DNA from: a virus
Lineage: Duplodnaviria > Caudoviricetes
DNA length: 64,000 nucleotides
Direction: 5' to 3' (one strand)
Virus record (IMG/VR): IMGVR_UViG_3300032335_001233
Location: 1 to 64,000 of that record
Part shown: positions 57,192 through 64,000 of the stretch, one piece after another
Position numbering within the stretch: position 1 is the first letter of the stretch
Layout of the letters: each line of letters begins with the position of its first letter
Notes under the pieces: generated by a model
The model's database searches: none
What the model was told of the DNA's origin: nothing
What the model saw: only the letters and a program-made list of their open reading frames with translations
Translations under genes and position numbers: made by a program

Positions 57192-57535
57192 TGAGTTTCC
57201 GCCAAAGACACCACAATTTTAACTTGTTCTTCGGCTCGATGCAAGGCCAACAAGGCATCTGCCACAGTGGGATGTTTGGCAGCCAAGGCTTTTATACGTT
57301 CATCCTCTACCATTCGGTTCTGTGCCCATTGTATAATTTCTCTAGTCTCGTTGTCTAGTTCAATTTGCGGATAGCTGGATGTCATAGGCAGCCAGGATGC
57401 TCCATCATACACTTCAATATTGTTGCCGTTGTACCGCACCATACCAGCACTGGGTCGACTCATGTCTACGTAAGGTGAATTGTACACATTGCCTATGATG
57501 TGTATACCTGCACCACCTGTGATATTTCTAATCAT
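57188..57535 (-). CDS. Hypothetical protein
   Basis: GMVRYN...IEVYDG.SW motif. Confidence 0.7.
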   Translation of the reverse strand: MIRNITGGAGIHIIGNVYNSPYVDMSRPSAGMVRYNGNNIEVYDGASWLPMTSSYPQIELDNETREIIQWAQNRMVEDERIKALAAKHPTVADALLALHRAEEQVKIVVSLAETQ

Positions 57536-57536
57536 G

Positions 57537-58211
57537 TTACCATCCTGCTTGTTTTAAAATTTCTTTGGCATACTCTTGGTCTGCAGAATAATCTGCAAAT
57601 CTCTTTTGCCAAACATCAGAATCAATGTAGGGCCAGATCATGGCCAATTGCTCACTGTTGATATCGCTCAAAAACTTTTGTCCTGATTCACTGTTGTAAA
57701 TTACCCAAGGAGAAATTCTTCCGGCAGTGATGTCATAACACACAGCATTGTGGTTGCCGTAGCGCAACATGTCATGAGCCGGGTGACCAGTGCGTTCCTG
57801 CCAAGTCATGCTGTGCTCTACTGCTCGTGCCAGGGCATCTTGCACAGCTTCTAAACGCAGATACTCCATAAGATAGTCAGTATAGAACTGGTCCGAACTC
57901 CAACGATCAATCTTTTTTTGATTGCGCAACAACCAGGTCATAAACTGTGTGGGGTTGATCACTCGGGTGTTTACACAGTACCGCCCCCACTTCACAAATG
58001 CACGATAGTATGGCGACTCAGCAAAGTCCTCAAAAGTCTTGAGCCGGGCCGAACCTTGCATGGTTTCGTAAAATTTGAGATAGGCCTGCAAGCCCAACTG
58101 TACACCACGCTCACTTTGTTCCAGTCGTCTACGCTTGGGTTCACACATGTGAACTGCCGCAGACGACTCTTTCATAAAGGTCTTTTTGCAAAATTCACAA
58201 GTGTAGCTCAT
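57537..58211 (-). CDS. Zn-finger-containing phage protein
   Basis: CEFC...H.C at the N-terminus. Confidence 0.75.
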   Translation of the reverse strand: MSYTCEFCKKTFMKESSAAVHMCEPKRRRLEQSERGVQLGLQAYLKFYETMQGSARLKTFEDFAESPYYRAFVKWGRYCVNTRVINPTQFMTWLLRNQKKIDRWSSDQFYTDYLMEYLRLEAVQDALARAVEHSMTWQERTGHPAHDMLRYGNHNAVCYDITAGRISPWVIYNSESGQKFLSDINSEQLAMIWPYIDSDVWQKRFADYSADQEYAKEILKQAGW

Positions 58212-58918
58212 CTTAATAGGTTACGATGTTTGATGTAGTCTGTTAAAAATTCATTTAGCTTTTCATGGTGCCCGGGCATGCGATGTCGATATTGTAGCGG
58301 CGGAGGATAGTCATTCATGATCACACTTTCTGGCACCTGTTGTTCCATTTGCCAGGGTATGCTGGCCCAGCGATAACGATTCACAAACACCATGTCATCA
58401 CCAAACAAATCCAGTCGAGCATGGTCCAGAAGTTCACCAACGTCATCGTTGACTTGACGAAATACCAGCAGTCGATGCCCGCGACTCTCTAACCAGTATC
58501 GCAAGGATACCAATCGATACATCAGGTCCTCCAGCAGGTCCACACTTCCGCATGCATGACCAGCAAAATTGAGATCAGCCCACTGTCGAGTTTTTTCTAA
58601 ATCCCATGGCCCAAGATATTTTTCTGTCAACTGTGATTGCGGATTACGCCAAGCACCTTCAAATTCAGGATTGTTCAAGGCCACTGGCAGTTCCCAGCGA
58701 TTGATAAACGTCATGCCCAGTACATACAATGTGGGATGAGTGTTGTTGGTGGCTGCATGCTTGGCTGTGGTACGAATAATTCTTGAATTTGAGCTGCCGC
58801 CCAGTGCAAGACTTTCACAGCTGGGCAGCCCTAACCGTTGGCAAAGATCATGGTGTCCGCTGCCCACAGCATATACTTCCATATAACTGCATCCATTGAC
58901 CACAAGATGTGCTATCAT
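58208..58918 (-). CDS. SGNH-hydrolase-like protein
   Basis: NGCSY, G.SN.RI.R, C-terminal H. Confidence 0.6.
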   Translation of the reverse strand: MIAHLVVNGCSYMEVYAVGSGHHDLCQRLGLPSCESLALGGSSNSRIIRTTAKHAATNNTHPTLYVLGMTFINRWELPVALNNPEFEGAWRNPQSQLTEKYLGPWDLEKTRQWADLNFAGHACGSVDLLEDLMYRLVSLRYWLESRGHRLLVFRQVNDDVGELLDHARLDLFGDDMVFVNRYRWASIPWQMEQQVPESVIMNDYPPPLQYRHRMPGHHEKLNEFLTDYIKHRNLLR

Positions 58919-59364
58919 TTTTTATTGTCTCGACCCATTTGCCGATCGTGTTCGTCCAAGTCAGCGTCTGACACCACAGTCATCATGACATCAATCTCAT
59001 CATCGCGATAGTGTGGAAATATTTCCAACAATCGCCGACGTCGTGCTGATGCACCTGACTCTTTTTTCTTGGGCGCAATCCACACATGTCGTGGTGTGCC
59101 CATGCCCGGACTTGCTGCTGTGGCCATGAGCCATTGCAGTTTGGGATGTCGACTCATGGCAAAAAAGTGTCGATTCAAATAGTGATTGGTGCTCTGCACA
59201 TAATATTCTTGTAGTTCTTGACTGCCTTCAATGGCCGAGCCCCAACGCAACATCAAGAATGTGGAAAATTTCTTGCGTTCTTCCACAGTGAGTTCGTCAT
59301 AGAATCCACGATTCTTGCGATCCAACTGTCGCATTTCGTTGGCAATGTTTAGTTTGTCACTCAT
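58915..59364 (-). CDS. Possible clamp-loader small subunit (gp62-like)
   Basis: F...RW.S, N, HPKLQW, WI..KKK pattern; in the replication cluster. Confidence 0.5.
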   Translation of the reverse strand: MSDKLNIANEMRQLDRKNRGFYDELTVEERKKFSTFLMLRWGSAIEGSQELQEYYVQSTNHYLNRHFFAMSRHPKLQWLMATAASPGMGTPRHVWIAPKKKESGASARRRRLLEIFPHYRDDEIDVMMTVVSDADLDEHDRQMGRDNKK

Positions 59365-59599
59365 GAGTTTTCTTTAGATTATACAACACAAACAACTGAT
59401 CCAGCAACTCACGCATGGCCGGATCCGTTTCGCACATGGCCAACACTTGATTTATTTCACTACGATATTCTCTCATGGCAATGCCTTCACTTTTTGTCCA
59501 ACCCACCAACTGCCGCTTGGTTTGACCCATTTTGCGAGCGTAGATACGATCGTCCACACGTTCGTAAACGTAGGTGGCACCTGGCTCAAGACTGCCCAT
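59357..59599 (-). CDS. Hypothetical protein
   Basis: 80 aa; coupled to neighbours. Confidence 0.7.
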   Translation of the reverse strand: MGSLEPGATYVYERVDDRIYARKMGQTKRQLVGWTKSEGIAMREYRSEINQVLAMCETDPAMRELLDQLFVLYNLKKTHE

Positions 59600-59943
59600 T
59601 AGTGATTCCTCATGCCACCAAACACACAGTTGAATAGCATGTTTGAATCGCCATCGTTGATCACACGGTGAAATGCCCCATCTGGAATCAACACCACTGA
59701 CCCTGGGCCAACATTGAAGGGCTTGCTGTCTTCATTACCCACAATCATCTTGCCAAAGCCTTGCACAAATACATAAACTTCTTCTTGTCCCGGATGCCTG
59801 TGTCCTCGAGTCTGCTTGCCACGATACAATCGTGTGCTACTGACCACTAGATTGTTTAGTGCACGATTGTCTTTGACCAAATAAGTGTCATCATCCTTGA
59901 TGGTTTCTCCACCAATGTCGGTATTTGAATAATGTAGTTGCAT
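59599..59943 (-). CDS. Cupin domain protein
   Basis: GHRH..QEEVY.F..G.G.M, IPDGAFHRV.N. Confidence 0.85.
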   Translation of the reverse strand: MQLHYSNTDIGGETIKDDDTYLVKDNRALNNLVVSSTRLYRGKQTRGHRHPGQEEVYVFVQGFGKMIVGNEDSKPFNVGPGSVVLIPDGAFHRVINDGDSNMLFNCVFGGMRNH

Positions 59944-59944
59944 A

Positions 59945-60445
59945 TTACCAAGCCTTGTTGTAGTCCACTAGCTCGCAGTTGCGACTAACGTCTTTGACAA
60001 AGTACACACAGTCAGGTTTGTCATCATCGGTCAAGGGCACTGCCAACATTTGTCCGTTCTTGAGTTTGGGTGTATACCATGTAATATCATGGTATACATC
60101 TATGATCTCGATGTCAGGGAAACTGGGCCTAAAACTGCTCAAGGGATTGAATTGAAAAACTTTGAATCCTCGATCATTGATCGATGTCAAGGGCAGCATT
60201 TCAAGGTCACCAATGTCGGGTTCGCCTATCAGCACTTGCCAATCCATGGGCATGCGTATGACGTTGGTGCCTATACGCAACACCAGAGCCGGGGCTGAAA
60301 AACTTTCCAAGAAGATCAAAGGAATGTAGTAGTAGTCAGGGTTGCTGGGATCTGAATTGTCCAGTATGGCAAAGCGCATATCGTCAATTTCATCTGGCAA
60401 GTGGTCCAAATCAAAACAGCAGTTATCTAGTGTTAATATTCTCAT
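59945..60445 (-). CDS. Phage hypothetical protein (leaderless)
   Basis: MRILTLDN...IPLIFLESF; TTGACC-18-TATCAT upstream. Confidence 0.75.
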   Translation of the reverse strand: MRILTLDNCCFDLDHLPDEIDDMRFAILDNSDPSNPDYYYIPLIFLESFSAPALVLRIGTNVIRMPMDWQVLIGEPDIGDLEMLPLTSINDRGFKVFQFNPLSSFRPSFPDIEIIDVYHDITWYTPKLKNGQMLAVPLTDDDKPDCVYFVKDVSRNCELVDYNKAW

Positions 60446-60477
60446 AGTGTTATGATAGCACAAAAACACTGGCGTGG

Positions 60478-61143
60478 TCAATGATTATTGACCAATTGCT
60501 CTAACTTGCTGGCCACACACTGTAAAACCCAGTTGCGATCAGCCAATGGCAGTTGGTGTTGCAGCCAAGATTGGTGGTACTGTCGACACTGTTCCGCTGT
60601 TGATTGCAATTGTGGCATTTGATCTATTAAAGAATCTATACCCCTAGGTTTGAGCAACATGCTTACGTCAATTTTGTTTGTGGGCTGCACTAAACGCATC
60701 TGCATCAAGGTCCAATTATAATCGTTCAACCATTCTAGATAAAGCTCGGCTGCTTGTTGTAATTTTACTTGTTGTACCAGATACTGTATTTGTTCGTACA
60801 CTGTTCCGTGGCGACCCATGAGATTTTCAACAGTGGGCCTTGTCAATGCATCTCTTGCTGCCCAGGTCCACATTTGATCACGAACCGGTATTACCAGCCA
60901 TAATGGGGCCAAGGGCATGCGCAGTAGTCTGTCAATGCTGTGACTGCCTATGTATTCGAATGGCATATTGTTGATGGCTTCTATTAGATCATGATCATTT
61001 AGTCTACGTTCAAGACTTTTGATTGATGCTGACGGAGTAACTGAACCATTGGCAATGTTATGCGGCAACCCCCAGGTCTGGTTGCTACAATTGACCACAA
61101 AGTCACCGCCAGTGCCACTCACATAGCTGATCACAGTTTTCAT
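60478..61143 (-). CDS. Hypothetical protein (sulfotransferase/P-loop-like N-terminus)
   Basis: ISYVSGTGGDF start. Confidence 0.6.
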   Translation of the reverse strand: MKTVISYVSGTGGDFVVNCSNQTWGLPHNIANGSVTPSASIKSLERRLNDHDLIEAINNMPFEYIGSHSIDRLLRMPLAPLWLVIPVRDQMWTWAARDALTRPTVENLMGRHGTVYEQIQYLVQQVKLQQAAELYLEWLNDYNWTLMQMRLVQPTNKIDVSMLLKPRGIDSLIDQMPQLQSTAEQCRQYHQSWLQHQLPLADRNWVLQCVASKLEQLVNNH

Positions 61144-62600
61144 TGCCATTCCAGTTTTTCTTGTGTGAATGGATAGTTGGCTTCTCGGTAGTAGGCCTTG
61201 CGTTTGGTTAGATGGCGTTTGGCAAACTTGCAGGTACTGGTAATGTCCCAAATCTGCACATGGTCTTTGTCTTCGGCTCGTCTAATACCTCGACCAATAC
61301 TCTGTATCACTCGTGTAAAACTTTTGCCAGACTCTACCATCACAAGGTTAAAGATTCGAGGTATATTGATGCCCACAGCAGCCACACCATAGGTGGCCAC
61401 AATGATCTTGTCTGTGGCTGTGGCCACAGCATCATATTCAGCCTGTCGGTCAGTGCCCTTGGTGGCTCCCGACACAAACACAGCACCTTCGCCCAGTCTT
61501 TCCACAAGAGCTTGGCCGGCTGCCACACGATCCACCAGCACCAAGGTGTTACCAGTTTCATTGACTTCGCGTATCAAGTTGGCCATGGCATCCAAGCGTC
61601 CTGACTCTTCCAGTAGATACTTGAGTTCGCTTTGATAGTTGTTGAATTCCACATGATCCACCAACTGCACCACATTGACATGACACTGTGCTAGCACGCC
61701 TTGCAGTTGCAGTTCATTGGCACTGAGTCTGCCCACTACTGGTCCCAGACTCACCAACAAGCTCACACTTTCAAATTTTTCCTTGGGCACAGTGCCAGTG
61801 AGACCCCAGCGAATAGGAATATGGGCCATGGGTCCTGTGAGCAGAGTTTTTAGTGCATCGGCCTTGGCCATGTGCACCTCGTCCACGATCACACATACCA
61901 CATCTTCAATAAAGTCTTGTATGGTAATGTCGGCAGTGCCTGATCGAGTGTTTTTCATCAAGACATTGAGACTTTGCCAGGTACAGATGGTGTGAGTGCG
62001 GCCGTGTTCTTTTCTGTCACCAAAATACACCCCTACATCCAGCCCCACGTTCACAAAGTCACGTTCGGTCTGTCGCACAAGGTCTTTGTTGGGCACAATG
62101 ACTATGCTACGTCCATGTGCTTGCACTGCCGAACTCAAAGTTGCAGTCATAATAGTCTTGCCAGCACCTGTGGCCACTTCTTGTATACACTGTGGGTTGG
62201 CCAAAAAGTTGTTGACAATTTCAACTTGATAGTCTCTCAGCATAATGGGCTGACCCTCGGCTGGGTGACCTGTGGGCCAGGTTCTGTGTGCCCATGAATG
62301 TTCTTCCACAGTGTTGAAATCAAAAGTGGTACAGTAGCTTCTACGATCGTCAATGTCAATGTCGTAGTTCATGCGCTCTAGCACAGGCACAATTTCAGGC
62401 AACAGATTGGTATAGGTGCTGCCGCCCAATTGGAAATAGCTGACTTTGCCATCCCAGCGTCCCAGTCTCACTGCCGGCAAGTACCGAGCGTAGGGCACAT
62501 CATACTTGAATAGGTTTACCAAAACTCGTCTAGCATCAAGATCTAGACCTTCAATCTTGATGTTGACTTCGTCTCGTATTACAATGGTTGCTTGTTTCAT
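61140..62600 (-). CDS. uvsW: SF2 DNA helicase, UvsW-like
   Basis: LRDYQ, ATGAGKT, DEVH, GLTGT, QSIGRGIR. Confidence 0.9.
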   Translation of the reverse strand: MKQATIVIRDEVNIKIEGLDLDARRVLVNLFKYDVPYARYLPAVRLGRWDGKVSYFQLGGSTYTNLLPEIVPVLERMNYDIDIDDRRSYCTTFDFNTVEEHSWAHRTWPTGHPAEGQPIMLRDYQVEIVNNFLANPQCIQEVATGAGKTIMTATLSSAVQAHGRSIVIVPNKDLVRQTERDFVNVGLDVGVYFGDRKEHGRTHTICTWQSLNVLMKNTRSGTADITIQDFIEDVVCVIVDEVHMAKADALKTLLTGPMAHIPIRWGLTGTVPKEKFESVSLLVSLGPVVGRLSANELQLQGVLAQCHVNVVQLVDHVEFNNYQSELKYLLEESGRLDAMANLIREVNETGNTLVLVDRVAAGQALVERLGEGAVFVSGATKGTDRQAEYDAVATATDKIIVATYGVAAVGINIPRIFNLVMVESGKSFTRVIQSIGRGIRRAEDKDHVQIWDITSTCKFAKRHLTKRKAYYREANYPFTQEKLEWQ

Positions 62601-63460
62601 TCTAGGATAACTTTTTTGACCCACTGTCGTTGAGCTATGTCATGCATCATGCGTTCGCGGTTGCCATCAAATTCAATGTCAGCCACAGGATATCTCAAGG
62701 GTCTTGCTTGTGCATTATACACACTCTTGATGCCACGTGCAACAAAAAATTTTGGATGCTGGTCAATGTAATGTTGAATACGGCCATACTGAGTGGCAAG
62801 ATTGCGATCGTGAAATGCCACATAGAAATCCGCCGAGTAGTGATCAAATGGACAAAATGCATCATCTGAGATATACTGGTCATTGTCACGTGCCAAGTCT
62901 TCTACTGTTTTTCCAATCTCACAGTAGTTGAGATACACTGTGCCCCAAGTCACTCGCCAGTCGCCATAGCATTGAGCTATGTCAGCAGGCAGCTGATGCG
63001 TCTTGGGCATGCCAAACCATGTGCACACCAATTTGGCGTGAGAGCCTGCTAGCACAGACTCACATTGGTGCACTGCCAAGTTTAATTCACTCAGTGCACG
63101 GCGCACTATGTCTGGTGCTGACTGCCAAAATTCTGAGTGCTGTTGATCCAACAATCCGTGATGGCATTCAAACACATGGTGAAGGTAATTGAGACAGTCT
63201 TGTGTCCACTCAAACTCACGCTCAATCACCGGCGCATGTGAATTGATGATGGCTATGCAGTGGCGTATCCAGTGCTCAGCAACTTTGCACTGAGTTTGGG
63301 CAGTGCCAAATCCAGAGAATCTGTCAGGGTGGTCCATGGGCCATGCAGTGCGAGCCAGCATGCGCTCAGTCCATAGTTCAGCCAAGGGAGTTTGACGAAT
63401 TCGAAAACGCAACTCTAGATCTCCACTGGGACCTAGATGAATACATAAGTGCTTGGGCAT
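62597..63460 (-). CDS. Hypothetical protein
   Basis: LN.LH..FE, LN..VH..E, Y.EIGKT motifs. Confidence 0.7.
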   Translation of the reverse strand: MPKHLCIHLGPSGDLELRFRIRQTPLAELWTERMLARTAWPMDHPDRFSGFGTAQTQCKVAEHWIRHCIAIINSHAPVIEREFEWTQDCLNYLHHVFECHHGLLDQQHSEFWQSAPDIVRRALSELNLAVHQCESVLAGSHAKLVCTWFGMPKTHQLPADIAQCYGDWRVTWGTVYLNYCEIGKTVEDLARDNDQYISDDAFCPFDHYSADFYVAFHDRNLATQYGRIQHYIDQHPKFFVARGIKSVYNAQARPLRYPVADIEFDGNRERMMHDIAQRQWVKKVILE

Positions 63461-63488
63461 TGTGTATATAGCCACAGTCTACGCGGTC

Positions 63489-63514
63489 AAAAAAACAGGG
63501 ACCGAAGTCCCTGT
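63489..63514 (-). terminator. Intrinsic terminator
   Basis: ACAGGGAC-TTCG-GTCCCTGT-TTTTTT. Confidence 0.92.
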
Positions 63515-63555
63515 ATAAAGCCTGGGCCGGAGCCAACCGAAATGCCCAGGAAAAC
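63489..63555 (-). ncRNA. Candidate 3'-UTR-derived antisense sRNA (anti-RBS hairpin plus terminator)
   Basis: CCUGGGC-AUUUCGGUUGGCUCCG-GCCCAGG; loop is complementary to GGAGCCAA..AUG. Confidence 0.45.
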
Positions 63556-63557
63556 CA

Positions 63558-63671
63558 CTAACTCAGCATCAACCCCATCACAAAAATCAAAAACGCCCAG
63601 CCTGGGTAACCAAACAACAAAGCCAACATGGCCAATATGGTGCCAAAGAAGGCTTTGTCTGAGTTGGTCAT
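63558..63671 (-). CDS. Small membrane protein (37 aa)
   Basis: MTNSDKAFFGTILAMLALLFGYPGWAFLIFVMGLMLS. Confidence 0.55.
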   Translation of the reverse strand: MTNSDKAFFGTILAMLALLFGYPGWAFLIFVMGLMLS

Positions 63672-63672
63672 G

Positions 63673-64000
63673 TCAAGCACTTTTCATACAGGTAGTCTCT
63701 GCCAGACGCTTCCAGTTCAGCACTGACATCTTGCGCAAGTCTGCAATCTTCAGCGCCATGCGCAGGCTTACCTCACGCAGGCGATCCTTGTTGGTGTGCA
63801 TGAAATCAATGATGTCGTCTTGCACAGCAGGCTCAAACTCATAATCTGCAAACAACACACCATCTTTGGCAATCTGTCGAATACGCAACAGCTTGTCACG
63901 CATGGTGTCCAAGGTCAGGTCCAGGTAGTGACAGCGCGATTGCAGTGCGTCCAAGTGATCACGAAGCTTTTGCGACTTCATGGCATCAAACTTGAGGTTG
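63673..64000 (-). CDS. AAA+ ATPase, C-terminal part (start outside the window)
   Basis: HL.ALQSRCHYLDL (Arg-finger-like), LREVSLR. Confidence 0.7.
   Translation of the reverse strand, partial: NLKFDAMKSQKLRDHLDALQSRCHYLDLTLDTMRDKLLRIRQIAKDGVLFADYEFEPAVQDDIIDFMHTNKDRLREVSLRMALKIADLRKMSVLNWKRLAETTCMKSA

Noticed and set aside
63449-63844. Plus-strand ORF with a good SD and an ATG at 63542
   Set aside because: It is antisense to two plausible genes, has no recognisable protein features, and its SD and ATG lie inside a hairpin. It is kept only as the alternative to the sRNA idea.
1-64000. tRNA, tmRNA or rRNA genes
   Set aside because: I saw no cloverleaf or T-loop pattern in the short intergenic gaps by eye; tRNAscan-SE or ARAGORN would confirm.
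1-64000. Many 60-220 aa opposite-strand ORFs in the track (e.g. 4725..5345, 17262..17882, 54571..55245)
   Set aside because: They are shadows of well-supported genes on the other strand and lack motifs or RBSs.

Overview
This 64-kb window is part of a large T4-like tailed dsDNA phage genome. It is densely coding, mostly on the minus strand, and uses the standard genetic code. Its porin, phasin-like, DUF3563-like, IscU/IscA and ClpX/ClpS genes suggest a Proteobacterial, probably betaproteobacterial, host. Replication and repair genes: gp41/DnaB helicase, primase, UvsW, ATP-dependent DNA ligase, NrdAB with glutaredoxin, UvsE, a PD-(D/E)xK exonuclease and a 189-aa mini-DnaE. Virion genes: PAAR, baseplate/tail-like proteins and candidate head-internal proteins. 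Host-like functions: two ClpP, ClpX, ClpS, Hsp20, bS21, IscU, IscA, porin, phasin, Ugd, a GT4 glycosyltransferase, two amidinotransferases, a PRMT-like methyltransferase and a radical SAM protein. Two promoter classes are visible, sigma70-type (TTGACM-17-TATAAT) and T4-late-like (TAAATA), and many of them appear to give leaderless mRNAs. The most novel signal is a possible translation-control layer. It consists of a terminator-bounded hairpin RNA at 63.5 kb whose loop is antisense to the GGAGCC(A/C)A..AUG initiation region shared by repeated early-gene cassettes, an unannotated 52-aa ArfA-like ORF, bS21 and a ROSE-like hsp20 leader. Other leads are a promoter-driven structured RNA at 26.7-26.86 kb, a nucleotidyltransferase-ligase fusion protein, and a C-terminal LGRQRR tag shared by two proteins. 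I found no tRNA or CRISPR array. All protein calls come from motif recognition by eye; no searches were run.
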